A stretch of 64,000 nucleotides of DNA from an uncultured virus (IMG/VR IMGVR_UViG_3300035208_003016) (IMGVR_UViG_3300035208_003016), one strand, 5' to 3'. Shown: positions 1 to 13,237, counted from the stretch's first letter. Made by a program: numbers and translations. The notes: generated by a model not told the origin, from the sequence alone.

Positions 1-932
1 TGAGATGGAGGTATAGTTTGGTTTTCTAGAGATTTAACTAGTTTCTCTAACCACGCCGTACCTTTATATAAACCAATTATTGCTAAATATTCTTTATTCA
101 TCTTTATGTTTTTCTCTAATTATTGTATCTCTACATGTACGACAATATGGTTTTGCTTCATAAAAATAAGCATCTCTATATTTAATAGATATCTTATTTT
201 CACAAGTTGTACAATATGTAAAATAATCTTTGAATTTAATAACTGTAGTTTTCACTATGTATTTTATACCATTTCATTGAAAGATCATGTATGTTATTTA
301 ATAAGTTATTTATAATTTCTTCATCTTTAGTTGGATAATTTATATAATCAAAATCTTTAATAGCTTGTAATGTTTCTAGAATATCATTTAATTTATTTTT
401 ATTATATTTCATAAGTTATATATTGATATATTTAGTTTTTCATGCATTAATTTTTTATATTCTTCATAATATTTATCTGATTCAATATTAAGATACTCTA
501 TTGTAGTATCTTTAGCAAGATGTAATTCTTTTAATGGTTTAACCGTTCCATGTGGAGGTCCTAGATCCCAATGATCCTCATAATCTATAAAATTCGTAGT
601 AAATTTATGTCTACTTATAATAAACCAGAATTTTTTAGCATCAAAAATTCCTATATGAGCATTTCTAGCTGAGATTATATATAAATATCCATCTTTGCAA
701 TCTTCTAGTTTAATATAATTTTTAATATTTTTAGTTGCCATAATTATTCTTCTTTCAAATCTAATTTTTCACCACACCAAGGACAATATTTCCACATAGA
801 TGAATTATATTTTGGTGCTGCTATATGACATGAACAATAAATTATAATATCAGTTATTTGTTTATCACCAATTTTAAATTCTTCACAATCACATTTGTAT
901 TTATATGCCATAATATTTCTTTCTAAGTATAA

Positions 933-1016
933 GCTGGTAGAGAGATTTGAACTCCCGATTGTATTTCTACGATGGATTACAGATCCATTGCACTAGACCA
1001 ACTATGCGATACCAGC
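933..1016 (-). tRNA. atypical class II-like tRNA (anticodon ambiguous: TGT with C33, or a shifted Tyr-like GTA)
   Basis: Minus strand folds into acceptor GCTGGTA/TACCAGC, D arm GCATAGTTGGTCTAGTGC, anticodon stem ATGGA/TCCAT with loop TCTGTAA, long variable arm (CGTAGAAATAC) and T arm GGGAG-TTCAAAT-CTCTC; no encoded CCA. Confidence 0.75.
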
Positions 1017-1446
1017 ATTATTTACGTGTATCAATAAATTTAAATTCAAAATCTTTATTTCTATCATTAAGAAGTTCTTGTATTAAATTTTCTTCTCTTA
1101 AGAAACTATTTAATATTTTATAACAAGAATTATATTCATGGTTAATATTATAATATCTTATATAAATTCTATTAAATTCTGGTAATTTGTATTTTTTTAA
1201 AAACGATTGAAACATTTTATCATCAAAAATATTAATACTTTGTTTTCTACATATAATAGTTGTACAGTTATTTAATTTAGGTTCACAATAATATATTAAA
1301 TAATCATTCATATTTATAATTCATCAATTCATTAATTGTATTAATTGAATTTATCATTCCATTTTCAGGATCAAAATCTAGTATTATTTTATCTAATAAT
1401 ATTTTTGCTTTTTTAAGTTTTTCGAATTCTTCTATTGAAATATCAA

Positions 1447-2328
1447 TCATATATATCCTTTGAATAAATTAATAGCATTTGGTATTATTTCATCTTTAAA
1501 TTTATCTATAAGTTCAATTCCAGATAGTTGAAACCAAGGTTCATGATAAGCGCCACTATTTTGATTAGTAGTAACATTTATATCTAACATTTTGGCTTCT
1601 ATAAGTAATCTACTACATGTCTCAGGTATATCTGGGAAAAATATAAAATGTTTAAATTTAGCTAATGTTTTCCAAAAGTTTTCTTTAACGTTTATTCTAG
1701 GTATTGGAAAATAAGGTAATTTATTATCTAGACAATATCTAAGTGAACCTTGCTTATTTTTTATATTTTGACCCTGTCTTAAAGTCATTCCATTAGATAA
1801 TGTTATAAACTCAGCATCGTTGAAAAATGCATATTTATCTATTTTAAGCGTATTTAATCTTATAGAATTTATAAGTTCAAGATCTTCATGTAAATATAAA
1901 CTTCCATGTATATTAGTAGTATTAGTTATGTTATTTTTATTAAGTTGATCTTCATGCCATTGTGTCTGACATATTACTACTTTAGCATTATTATAAAATG
2001 CTCGATTAGTAAAATATATTTCTGGAACTATTCCAGATATGTTAACTTCTCCTGTAGGAAGTAAGAATGGATTACGAGTACTTATATATTTATGATCGTG
2101 TTCATATATTAAATAGTTTTTATATTTAATAAGTTGTTGTTTTGTATTTTCATTAAGATTAACAAAATTTGTAATTATATAAAAAGAATTGATGTCTATA
2201 ATATTTAATTTATGTGATTCAATAGTATTTGCGATGCCTAGATAATATAATAATACATCATTTGTTACCTCTGCACCACGACGAACCTCATTAGAGAAAT
2301 AGTCAGATACAAATATAATTTTAGACAT
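1447..2328 (-). CDS. putative glycosyltransferase (GT-B/GT4-like)
   Basis: N-terminal IIFVSDYF...GAE and C-terminal PETCSRLLIEAKML resembling the GT4 E-x7-E motif; adjacent to a second GT. Confidence 0.55.
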   Translation of the reverse strand: MSKIIFVSDYFSNEVRRGAEVTNDVLLYYLGIANTIESHKLNIIDINSFYIITNFVNLNENTKQQLIKYKNYLIYEHDHKYISTRNPFLLPTGEVNISGIVPEIYFTNRAFYNNAKVVICQTQWHEDQLNKNNITNTTNIHGSLYLHEDLELINSIRLNTLKIDKYAFFNDAEFITLSNGMTLRQGQNIKNKQGSLRYCLDNKLPYFPIPRINVKENFWKTLAKFKHFIFFPDIPETCSRLLIEAKMLDINVTTNQNSGAYHEPWFQLSGIELIDKFKDEIIPNAINLFKGYI

Positions 2329-3139
2329 ATTGTTCTAGTTGTTTGTTAAGATTTTCTAAGTCTTTTATATCATTTTTATTTGAAATTATAAAATCTTCAA
2401 TAGTACAAATATTACAAATATCATAATCTCCACTTTTATCTAATTCTATATAATGCCAATTATTTGGTTTTATATTATAAGTAGATATTTCATAACTTAT
2501 ATTTTTTTGTAATAATCTTCTCACTTTATGATTTAATTCTTTGATATATAAAATAATTCTATTTTTATCATTATCAATAGTTGTATATTTAAATTCTTCT
2601 TTAAATTGTTCAAATGAAATTAAATTAGCTTCATGTTCTTCAGCATTGGGTAAATCTTTATATTCTTTACCGTCTAATGTTATATATACAGTAACTTTTT
2701 CTTTTCCAGTTACTACAAGTTCTTTTTTATCTATTTCAATTTCTTTTGTTATCATAATTTATTTACCATGTTTCACTAGTTGTTATATCTTCTATTGTTC
2801 CACATTCTATACATCGTATTTCTATTGTTGCACCAATACCACCACCTGGTGTAATTATAAATTGTAATAAACCATTTCCTTTAGCACATTTTAAATGATT
2901 GTTATGAAATTTTTCTACAGAAGCTATTTCTTTGTCTCCCATATTTATACCACAATAAGATTTAATTTTAGACATTTGGTTTTTCTATCTGTGAACATTC
3001 AATTACTTCATAATTATAAGAATTACATTTAGGACACGACCAACTATACATTGGGTGATCTAATAATTCAGTTCTTTCATAACCGCAATGTGGACAAAAA
3101 TATAAGAATTTAGATCCTTCTTTAACTGGAATATACATA

Positions 3140-4863
<1,724 letters not shown>

Positions 4864-6249
4864 AGAAATCTCCCTTATTAATATTTCCTAAATAAGTTAT
4901 ATTATTTATAACTTTTGTAGTTGCCCAAAGTGGCTGTAAATTAGACCAATGGAAGCATAATTTTTGGTGATAACTACATTTAAGATTAAATACTGCACAT
5001 GGAACAATATGATCGATATGTATTTCACCATTCATTAATTTTTCCCAAGTCATTCCTTCTGTAAATTTTGATATTATATATTTTTTAAAATTTTCTATAG
5101 ATATTCCTAATAATTTTAACGCTGATGATTTTTTATATTCTTTTTTAACAAGTAACCATAATCTATGTCTTAATAAAGATTTAATTCTATAATTATCATT
5201 ATTTTTCCAATTAGTTTTATTTCGTTCTTTTATTTTTTCTTTATTAATTACTCTATAGGTTATCCATTTATCTTTATTGTTTTTACGATATGTAATTATT
5301 TTTTCTTGATTATTATCTCTATATTTTTTATTATGTTCTTTTTTAGTTGTTTGTTTATAATTATCATATTTTTCAGATTTTTTATATATAGTTTGTCTTT
5401 TATTAGCAGATTTCTTTCCTACTTCAGATTTTCGATATTTTTCTTCAGAAATTTTACCTTTTTCTGAATATTTATAAATAATTAAACTTAATCTTTGTAA
5501 TAAATAAGATAAATCTTTATCAGATTTTTCTTTAAGATTACTACATTTAGTATGAAAAGATAAATTATTTGGAATTTGTTTTAATTTATCTTCTATTCTA
5601 GTTATTTTATTTTTTCTAGATAGACTCATTTAATCGATTTTTTATTTTGTTTTTCTTTTCAGATTTCTTAATATCATTATCAATAAATGAATCAAATGTT
5701 TCTTTATCTAGAAAAACTTGAGTTGGTTTAAGTTCTTCTGATAATATCAAATTTTTAAAATTATCTATTGATTCTTTTTGAGATACTGTAGGTGGAGGAC
5801 ATGGTCGATTAGTAGCGTTTACGTTACGTTCTTTTATTTTTCTAAGTTCACTCATTTTCAGATTCCTTTATACTTTCTATAAAACTTCGGTATATCTTGC
5901 TAATACTACGTTGATTAAGTCCAAAGAAATCATTACTTTGAGATTTAAAATTTGTACCGTGTATTAGTCTAGAATATACTACTAATTTGCTTTTTAAAGG
6001 CAAATGTTTAAATTTATGATATACTAAATCTTGCAAATCTTTAGGAATCTGTACCTTGTCCACTTACAACATCCTTTAAACTAGACACTGCTTTGTTAAA
6101 GCTATCTTTAACAGAAACGTTAGAATAAACATCAGATAGTTTAACTTCTACTCCATCTATTACCAGAGTATCGTCTTTGTCTAAACTATCAGATATTCGT
6201 CCTATTCTTTTGCCTGAACGAGATACAATATCAATCATTTTAATTCTCC

Positions 6250-6909
6250 TTATAAAATACTATTTAGTCGATCTAGACCATTTATAAACATTGGTTTACA
6301 TGTATTTTTACATGAATGACAATGTTCTCCAGGTGTTCTGTTACGACTTTTTGTTACCACTTTAAGATAACCTCTATTCGTTATAGTATAAGCTATATCG
6401 TTGTTTTTTATAAGGTAGAAAGAATTTGATTGTACATTGAAAATCAGACAATCGTTGGTTTTATTTTTAAGGATATTATAAATATAGTTACATTGTGAGT
6501 AAAAGGCAAGTTCTTTCTGCATTTCTTGCAAAGATCTGAAACAAAAGTGAACATTTATATTTTTATTCTCTAAAATACCTCCAATATTACATTGAATACG
6601 ACTTTTATAAACGACGGTGTCGTAAATATTAGTTAATTTATTAGTTTCTAGAAACTTGTTTATATTAATAGCACAGGTAAGACAAGTATTTTTATAACTT
6701 TCACGATCTGCTTTATACACGTATCTTATACCTGTATAAGCAGTTGATGAAAAGTATTCAGTAAAAGACTTTAAAAAGTTATTAGAATGATTTTTAAGTA
6801 ACTTGGTAAATAATATATCTATATATTTAATATAATTATCGTTTTCTAGATAATAATAACATTTATATAATCTATTATATAACGTCTTACTAAGTACTTT
6901 GTCTGGCAA
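6250..6909 (-). CDS. hypothetical protein, possibly degenerate PD-(D/E)XK nuclease-like
   Basis: C-terminal PGEHCHSCKNTC Cys cluster resembling Cas4/RecB-like tails; catalytic motifs not evident. Confidence 0.3.
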   Translation of the reverse strand: MPDKVLSKTLYNRLYKCYYYLENDNYIKYIDILFTKLLKNHSNNFLKSFTEYFSSTAYTGIRYVYKADRESYKNTCLTCAININKFLETNKLTNIYDTVVYKSRIQCNIGGILENKNINVHFCFRSLQEMQKELAFYSQCNYIYNILKNKTNDCLIFNVQSNSFYLIKNNDIAYTITNRGYLKVVTKSRNRTPGEHCHSCKNTCKPMFINGLDRLNSIL

Positions 6910-7293
6910 CTTTCATTCTCTTTCTTCTTTTAATTTCTAATTGAATAACTTTAAGTGATAGTTTTTTATCTTGAACTAAATTTAAAAGTTTAATTCTTGT
7001 ATTTATTCCATCATATCTACGTTCATCAAATATTAGTCCTAGAGTTAACGGAACTATACTTTCTAGGTATAATTTCATTTGTTTGTCTAATTTAGATATA
7101 TTTTCATCAAGAAGTTTAGATTCTAAAGTATCGTTAATATGTACATAATCGCATCTAAGATTTAACATTTTACAAACTCTTTATGTCCACAATCTGGACA
7201 TTTTGATTTTTTATTTTTGAAAGGATTACTTCTTCCAGTAACTTTTAATGTAAAATTACACTTATTACATTTATATTCAATTTGTTTTTCCAT

Positions 7294-7841
7294 TTAATTC
7301 TCGTAATGTCTATCTTTTATATAGTTAATGTTATTTGGAAGAGTTTTAAGTTTTTCTATTACATCATCTAGACTATATGGTTTGAACTGGTTAGTATCAA
7401 CACCCACATCGAATGATTGTCCTTGTGATGGTAATGTATTATGGCTATGTCCGTATAACATAGGTGCATTAAAATGGCTACGATTCCATGTGCGCATAGC
7501 ATAATGGCATAAAGTGATATGCATATTATTTATTTTAATTTCAGACATTGTACTTACTGATGTAAATATATGATATTTTCTTGGTTTAATTCTTGAAATA
7601 TCGTGGTTCCCCAACAGAACGTGTATGTACTTATGGTTTAACTGATATAAGAATGGTTCTGGATCAGTCCAACTAAAATCACCAAGATGATATACTGTAT
7701 CTTGTTTAGATATACAACTGTTCCAATTTTTAATTAAAGTATCATTCATTTGTTCAACTGTATCAAATGGACGATTACAGTATTTAATTATATTTGTATG
7801 GTTAAAATAACCTAATGAGTATCAGCAGAGAACCAAATCAT
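7294..7841 (-). pseudogene. calcineurin-like metallophosphoesterase interrupted at motif I (stop codon plus frameshift)
   Basis: ATG at 7841 after GGAG encodes MIWFSADTH then TAG; FNHTNIIKYCNRPF continues in another frame into the ORF with HLGDF, GNHD, CHY and GHSH motifs. Confidence 0.7.
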
Positions 7842-7880
7842 TTTGATTCTCCTTTGATACTCTTTATTTTCTTTTCCATG

Positions 7881-10307
7881 TTAATTAATCCTATTTCCAG
7901 ATGTTAGTTTCTTATGACCAGCGTTTTGATCTTTAAGAGCTTTTATTGTAGCGTAACTATCTTCAGTTATTTGTAAGTTATAAGTATTTAATCTATATGC
8001 AAGTCCACCAGTTTTACCAGTATGTTTATTTTTAAATACATAAGCCTCTAGATATGGCATTGCTTTTGATCCTTCAGTTCCATATTGACCAGTCCATATA
8101 ATATTAGTATTTTCATTTACGTTTAAATCATTATGTATCATTATAATACTATCGGCGTCATATTCTAGTTGTACAGTGTCTTTAAGATCTGATGGATTAG
8201 GTCGACTATTATGATCCATTTTTCTAAGTTCAACAGTCATCATGATGTGTATATCATATATTCTTGAAAAATCTTTTACTTTTTCTGATAGATGAGATAC
8301 AGCATCAGTCTTTTGTTTATTTGGAGGCATTGTTAGTTTATGAAAGTTATCAAGTAAGAATATTTTTTTCTTGTTAGGAAATTCTTTAATGAACCATTCG
8401 ATGTGAGCTTCCATAGCATCTGGAGTAGTACCTTCAGTTGCATCAGCCATAATGAGTCTAGATGATAAACGATCATTCCAATGTTTAGCACTAAGTATGA
8501 TTTCTTGATCTTCTGACATAAGTTTAGAATATTGCTTAATCTTAGATGTAGAAAATCCAGTCTTTTTAGCTAATGCTTTTAATGTCATAAGATCAGTTGT
8601 ATCATCAATTGTCATGAAAAATATGGCTGCTTCTTCATTCTGTTCTACTATATCTACTGCTAATGATTGAAGCCATGAAGTTTTACCTACTGCAGGTTTA
8701 CCTCCGATAAGTGTAAGATTAGTTGTATATGGAACTCCATCATATAACTCTTCAAATTTCTTAAAATGTGGTGCATAAAGGCCATATTGATACTCACCAT
8801 TTTCAATCTTTTCCCAAAGAGTATTACGTTTATCTTCAAAAGTTGATCTGTTATCTAAAACATTATTATATTTAAGCTCAAGATTCTTAATTTTAACAAT
8901 GGCTTCTTCAAGAATACCTTTAGTGTCTTTTACTTTTCTTTTACCTAAAGCAGTCTGAACATATTTATTAACATCAGTAAGTTCTTCTATAAGTTTATCT
9001 GACTCTAGATTAACTTTAAGATCTACTTCTTTCTTTATGTCATCTTTAGATATTCCTGTGAACTTAGCAAGTTCTTTGATCATTTTAAGACGTTTAATAC
9101 TACTTTCTTCTGCAACAATATTTGGAATAATTTCTTCTACTGTTACAAGAGGATCATCTTGAAATGTTTTTTCTTTAAGTGACCATGAAAATGGAGATAA
9201 AGCTATGTCTGGATGAGCAAGCTTTTTAAGAGCATCTAAGCCATATTCGCGGACGTAACTATCTGGATCATATCCTTCTGGTAGTTCTATAATCTTAATT
9301 GATTTAAAGATCTGATAAGCAGTAATACGTTCTAATGCAAGCTTAGTACCTTTTTTTCCACCCTCATCACCATCCAATGTAAGACAAATATGCTTTACAT
9401 TATATCGAGCAAGTAAGTCTACATGTTGTTCAGTAAAAGCAGTGCTACCAAGAGCTACAACATTTTTAAGACCGCATTGATCTAGATATATTGCATCTAG
9501 ATATCCTTCTACTATCCATAATGGACCACCCGCTGGATCATAGTTATTAAAATTATATAATATCTCACTTTTATTATATATGTCAGAATTAACAGAGTTA
9601 CAGTATTTACGATCACCTTTTCCATTAGGAGCAAGATTAGTTGTACGTGTAACAAATCCTACTGCTCGATTTTTATCATCATATATTGGAAGAATGAAAC
9701 CTTCAGATGTGAATATATCCTTACGAGCAAGGTCTGCTGATAGAAGCCAATCGTTATCTGTATAACCAATTTTATTCATGGTCTCTAGATATTTATTATA
9801 TTCACTTACTACACCTATTTTATGCTTTCTGATGCTTTGTTCTGTAATTCCACGATCTAGAAGATGTTTTATACCAATGTGATCTTTATTAAGATCATTT
9901 CCAATATATGACATACCATGTGTAACATTTAAAGCATCTTTTACACCACGACGTTTTTGATAAATGTCTCTAGTTTTGTTGTCTATTTGTATTGGTTCAT
10001 AATCTACATTGTATTTTTTACATAGATAAGGTAATGTGTCCTCATAGAAGGCAATGCTGGAAATTGGATATCCCTCAAGGTAGTGAACAGCATTTAGTAT
10101 TGTACTATGTGTTCTACATGAAAAACAAAAACAAGCTGTATAAGCATGTTCACCACCATCAATAATATGCGTACTAGGATTTGCGTCTGCGTGACCTGGA
10201 ACTATACATCTGATAAATCCAGCATCATTAGGAACACGTCCATGTTCAGCAAGATACTCTAGAAAATGTTTATCTAATTCTTTAAATACATGAGAAAGAT
10301 CGTTCAT
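7881..10307 (-). CDS. DNA primase-helicase fusion (Zn-binding + TOPRIM + DnaB-like SF4 helicase)
   Basis: CIVPGH...CFSC zinc finger; IVEGYLD and LDGDEGG TOPRIM motifs; LPEGYDPD; Walker A GKPAVGKT; DLKDTVQLEYDAD; KNKHTG. Confidence 0.9.
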   Translation of the reverse strand: MNDLSHVFKELDKHFLEYLAEHGRVPNDAGFIRCIVPGHADANPSTHIIDGGEHAYTACFCFSCRTHSTILNAVHYLEGYPISSIAFYEDTLPYLCKKYNVDYEPIQIDNKTRDIYQKRRGVKDALNVTHGMSYIGNDLNKDHIGIKHLLDRGITEQSIRKHKIGVVSEYNKYLETMNKIGYTDNDWLLSADLARKDIFTSEGFILPIYDDKNRAVGFVTRTTNLAPNGKGDRKYCNSVNSDIYNKSEILYNFNNYDPAGGPLWIVEGYLDAIYLDQCGLKNVVALGSTAFTEQHVDLLARYNVKHICLTLDGDEGGKKGTKLALERITAYQIFKSIKIIELPEGYDPDSYVREYGLDALKKLAHPDIALSPFSWSLKEKTFQDDPLVTVEEIIPNIVAEESSIKRLKMIKELAKFTGISKDDIKKEVDLKVNLESDKLIEELTDVNKYVQTALGKRKVKDTKGILEEAIVKIKNLELKYNNVLDNRSTFEDKRNTLWEKIENGEYQYGLYAPHFKKFEELYDGVPYTTNLTLIGGKPAVGKTSWLQSLAVDIVEQNEEAAIFFMTIDDTTDLMTLKALAKKTGFSTSKIKQYSKLMSEDQEIILSAKHWNDRLSSRLIMADATEGTTPDAMEAHIEWFIKEFPNKKKIFLLDNFHKLTMPPNKQKTDAVSHLSEKVKDFSRIYDIHIMMTVELRKMDHNSRPNPSDLKDTVQLEYDADSIIMIHNDLNVNENTNIIWTGQYGTEGSKAMPYLEAYVFKNKHTGKTGGLAYRLNTYNLQITEDSYATIKALKDQNAGHKKLTSGNRIN

Positions 10308-10649
10308 ATCTGATTATTTTCTACTTTATTTAACATTATGTTTAGTTCATCTAAAATATCATAAGATGATGTTGGACTAAGAATATCGGTAGATTCAATA
10401 TATTTTAATTGTTGTTTATAAAATTCTATTCTATCTTTAATATAATCTATAACTTTTTGTTTGGTAACTCTTTGTATATTTGGTGGTGGTGTAGGTGTTG
10501 CTGGTCTATCATATTTAATACAATACTGACATTCTTTATTTTCTGATTTTAAACAGATTCTACAACCAAATAGAAAAGTTCTTTTAATATTTTTATTATT
10601 ACAAAATATACCATCATAGGCGAATGTACAATTTATATTTTTAGGCATT

Positions 10650-10868
10650 TTATATTTCTTCTACTACATGTATTTGAGTCACTCTTACTTTACCAGAACC
10701 TTTACAATATTTACACTTACTTGGTTTATTATCTTTTAATTGTATAATACTTCCTTCACCATAACACACTGAACATATTTCAATTTTAGAATATGATTCA
10801 TTTTCTATAACTTTTTCAGATTGTATTGTATAATTTAATTGATATTCTCTTGATATAGTTGTTTTCAT
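10650..10868 (-). CDS. small DnaJ-type zinc-finger protein
   Basis: CSVCYGEG and CKYCKGSG CxxCxGxG repeats. Confidence 0.6.
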   Translation of the reverse strand: MKTTISREYQLNYTIQSEKVIENESYSKIEICSVCYGEGSIIQLKDNKPSKCKYCKGSGKVRVTQIHVVEEI

Positions 10869-11395
10869 AATCTTTTTTCTAATAGTTCTGGATGATCTAA
10901 TTGAGATACTGTTTGTTTTATAAATTCAGGCCAATGTGGAAGTTTATGATGCTTACGTTGAATTATAATATTTGATAATGTTTTATAATTAAGACACCAT
11001 TCTCGTTTTTGCATCCAACCTTCTGGTATTATCTTTTTAACTTCTAAATAATTTTTAGAGTTTATACAAAAATTTATTATTTTTAATGTTTCTGGAAGTA
11101 CATATTTATCTTCAAAATTATTTACTGTTAATTCTTTTGATAGTACAGTTGTACTACTTTCACTTTGTTTACTTGACAACCGATAAGTGTCTGCGTCGAC
11201 CCAAAAATATCTTGGAGCGTCTATAAGTAACCATACATAGATATGTTCTAGAAACTTATTATGTCCATAATCTTTATCACTAAGATTATTTGCTACTGTA
11301 GACATTTTATCTATAGGTTGATTTTTATTAAGTGAAAGTCCAAGCATCGCTGCTTCATATCCAGCTTCTTCAAGTTTAGTTACTGTAATTTGCAT
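10865..11395 (-). CDS. ThyX-like (flavin-dependent thymidylate synthase fold) protein
   Basis: GHNKFLEHI, APRYFWVDADTYR, SES, LNYKTL..I..QRKHHKLPHW pattern typical of divergent phage ThyX-like proteins. Confidence 0.55.
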   Translation of the reverse strand: MQITVTKLEEAGYEAAMLGLSLNKNQPIDKMSTVANNLSDKDYGHNKFLEHIYVWLLIDAPRYFWVDADTYRLSSKQSESSTTVLSKELTVNNFEDKYVLPETLKIINFCINSKNYLEVKKIIPEGWMQKREWCLNYKTLSNIIIQRKHHKLPHWPEFIKQTVSQLDHPELLEKRL

Positions 11396-11398
11396 AAT

Positions 11399-11812
11399 TT
11401 ACCAAGATCTATGTTGTTCATGTATACTTTCTACACCATCATATTCATCTATTTCCCAAAGTACATCATCTGGAATTTCTCTTATTTCTAATTCTGCACA
11501 TTCTCCATTAGCTTTTTCTCCTAGATGTTCTATAGTTTTAATAAGATCTGGATCATTTCGTTCTATATCTCTACAATAAAAATGATAATTTTTCCAATCA
11601 TCTGAAGATAAAGTACATTCTTCTCCAAAATCTTTAGTAAAACAATTATTCCAACTACAAGTTAATGATGATTTAGTTTTATAAAAAGTTTTATCATTGT
11701 ATGCTTTTTGATAGTAAAAATGACATTCTTTACCTTTTAAATTTAAATAATATTTAACTGCTTCATCTGAAAGAGAAAATCCTCCATAACATCGGTTTAT
11801 TGCTATTTTCAT
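11399..11812 (-). CDS. conserved phage hypothetical protein
   Basis: MKIAINRCYGGFSLS...RNDPDLI...LGEKANG...WEIDEYDGVESI pattern common in large phages. Confidence 0.6.
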   Translation of the reverse strand: MKIAINRCYGGFSLSDEAVKYYLNLKGKECHFYYQKAYNDKTFYKTKSSLTCSWNNCFTKDFGEECTLSSDDWKNYHFYCRDIERNDPDLIKTIEHLGEKANGECAELEIREIPDDVLWEIDEYDGVESIHEQHRSW

Positions 11813-12156
11813 TAAAAATCTACTCCATGTTCAAAATGATCTTTTGTTTTAAATTTTGGTAATATAGTTTCACTAAAAATACATGATGCTCCATCATCTA
11901 ATGCATTTTCTTCTTCTTCTGATAAGTTTTCTATATTTGATGAAAAATTATCAAATGAATCAGCGTTTCCATCTGATCCAGAAATTATTTTTAGATTAAG
12001 ACCAAAAGCTTTTTCATCTATTGGATTTAAATGATCTATTATTTCTTTCTCTAATGGAGATAATTTTTTATAAACTTCTACATAGTCTTCTGCTTTAAGA
12101 CATATCATAAAGCTACTACTTGAACTGTTACTTACAAAACCATTTCTTATTTTTAT
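11812..12156 (-). CDS. GFVSNSSSSS-motif family protein with apparent ATA start
   Basis: In-frame extension upstream of the annotated ATG reads (I)KIRNGFVSNSSSSSFMICL; SD AAGGA lies just upstream of the ATA at 12156. Confidence 0.7.
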   Translation of the reverse strand: MKIRNGFVSNSSSSSFMICLKAEDYVEVYKKLSPLEKEIIDHLNPIDEKAFGLNLKIISGSDGNADSFDNFSSNIENLSEEEENALDDGASCIFSETILPKFKTKDHFEHGVDF

Positions 12157-12392
12157 AAAATTTCCTTAACTACACATATCTCTTGTATGTTTCCAACTGT
12201 TATTATATTCTTTATCTTTTTTAGCTTGTTGTTTAGCTTTATCTAAATCGTTTAAATATTTACATGCTAATCGGGCATCAGATCTAGACAATTTGGCTGT
12301 ATCATAATTATCAACAGTATAAGTTAATATTGTTCCATATTTATCATATACTGGTAAAACTATATATTTATTTTTCATATATTTTTCCTTAT

Positions 12393-12420
12393 AAAAAAAA
12401 GGCCAGTATTGCTACTGGCC
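12393..12420 (-). terminator. rho-independent terminator after tRNA-Asn
   Basis: GGCCAGTA-GCAA-TACTGGCC hairpin followed by T8 on the minus strand. Confidence 0.85.
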
Positions 12421-12423
12421 AAA

Positions 12424-12502
12424 TGGCTGACTCCCTGGGACTTGAACCCAGAACCTTTTGATTAACAATCAAATGCTTACTGCCAAATTGAGCTAGGAGT
12501 CA
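12424..12502 (-). tRNA. tRNA-Asn(GTT)
   Basis: Cloverleaf: TGACTCC/GGAGTCA acceptor, anticodon arm TTTGA-TTGTTAA-TCAAA, T arm CTGGG-TTCAAGT-CCCAG, encoded GCCA 3' end. Confidence 0.95.
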
Positions 12503-12508
12503 ATAAAA

Positions 12509-13237
12509 TTAAATTTTAGGGGGGATGCTATCTATAAAATCCATTAATGAAATAAGTTTCATATCTGTATTAAGATCAGCTAATTTATATTCAATCTTCT
12601 TAGCTTTATTATAGTCTGGTAGAAACTTAGTAAGACAATCTTTTCCAACAATGTCTTCTTTTTTCATTCCAGATATACGAGTTTTTACCGCTGCTGATAT
12701 TTCAGACTTTGATTCTTGTTTAACTTCTTGCTTTATATCTATATTTTTTGCTTTATTTGATAATTTATCGTTGATGTATTTAGTAATTTGAACTCCATCC
12801 CATAGAATGTTACCACTATCATCAACTGGATAATATTTGTTATTAGTGTGCTTTTTTGTTTTTAATTTTTGTATTTCTTTACTATAAAGAAAACGGCCAG
12901 CTCCCCACTGAATTCCAACTCTCTTACTAGCGTCAGATACTAAACTCTTCTCGGCCTCAGTTTGAGCCTCTGTACCAGTATCCATTTTATAGACCCACTC
13001 TGATTTTCCATCTTCTCTTTCGATATTAATACCCATTCTACAAAACATTTGATCTTTAACTACTATATATTCTGTAGACCAATTAGCTGGTCCAACAACA
13101 TCATCTAGAAGGTCAAATAAATCTCTAGCATCAATATATGCAACACATAATGCATTGTGTTCATTAGATGTTTGAACCTTCCACATAAAATTTATTTCAC
13201 GAGTTAGTTCTTTTAATTTAGATTCTTTTACTGACAT
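12509..13237 (-). CDS. Rad52/Rad22-family (Sak-like) single-strand annealing protein
   Basis: AYIDARDLFDLLDDVVGPANW...W.YK.D.G.E...EK...SDA.KR...WG.GRFLY. Confidence 0.8.
   Translation of the reverse strand: MSVKESKLKELTREINFMWKVQTSNEHNALCVAYIDARDLFDLLDDVVGPANWSTEYIVVKDQMFCRMGINIEREDGKSEWVYKMDTGTEAQTEAEKSLVSDASKRVGIQWGAGRFLYSKEIQKLKTKKHTNNKYYPVDDSGNILWDGVQITKYINDKLSNKAKNIDIKQEVKQESKSEISAAVKTRISGMKKEDIVGKDCLTKFLPDYNKAKKIEYKLADLNTDMKLISLMDFIDSIPPKI

Noticed and set aside
1..60. Possible 5' half of a tRNA-like RNA on the minus strand (GCGTGGT-TA-GAGA...TCTC)
   Set aside because: Only a D-arm-like hairpin is visible, no anticodon stem forms, and the element is cut by the window edge
7812..7814. 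Genome-wide stop-codon reassignment (TAG) suggested by the phosphoesterase stop
   Set aside because: Readthrough would not fix the frame, long core genes are intact under code 11, and TAG appears to terminate other genes (e.g. ThiF)
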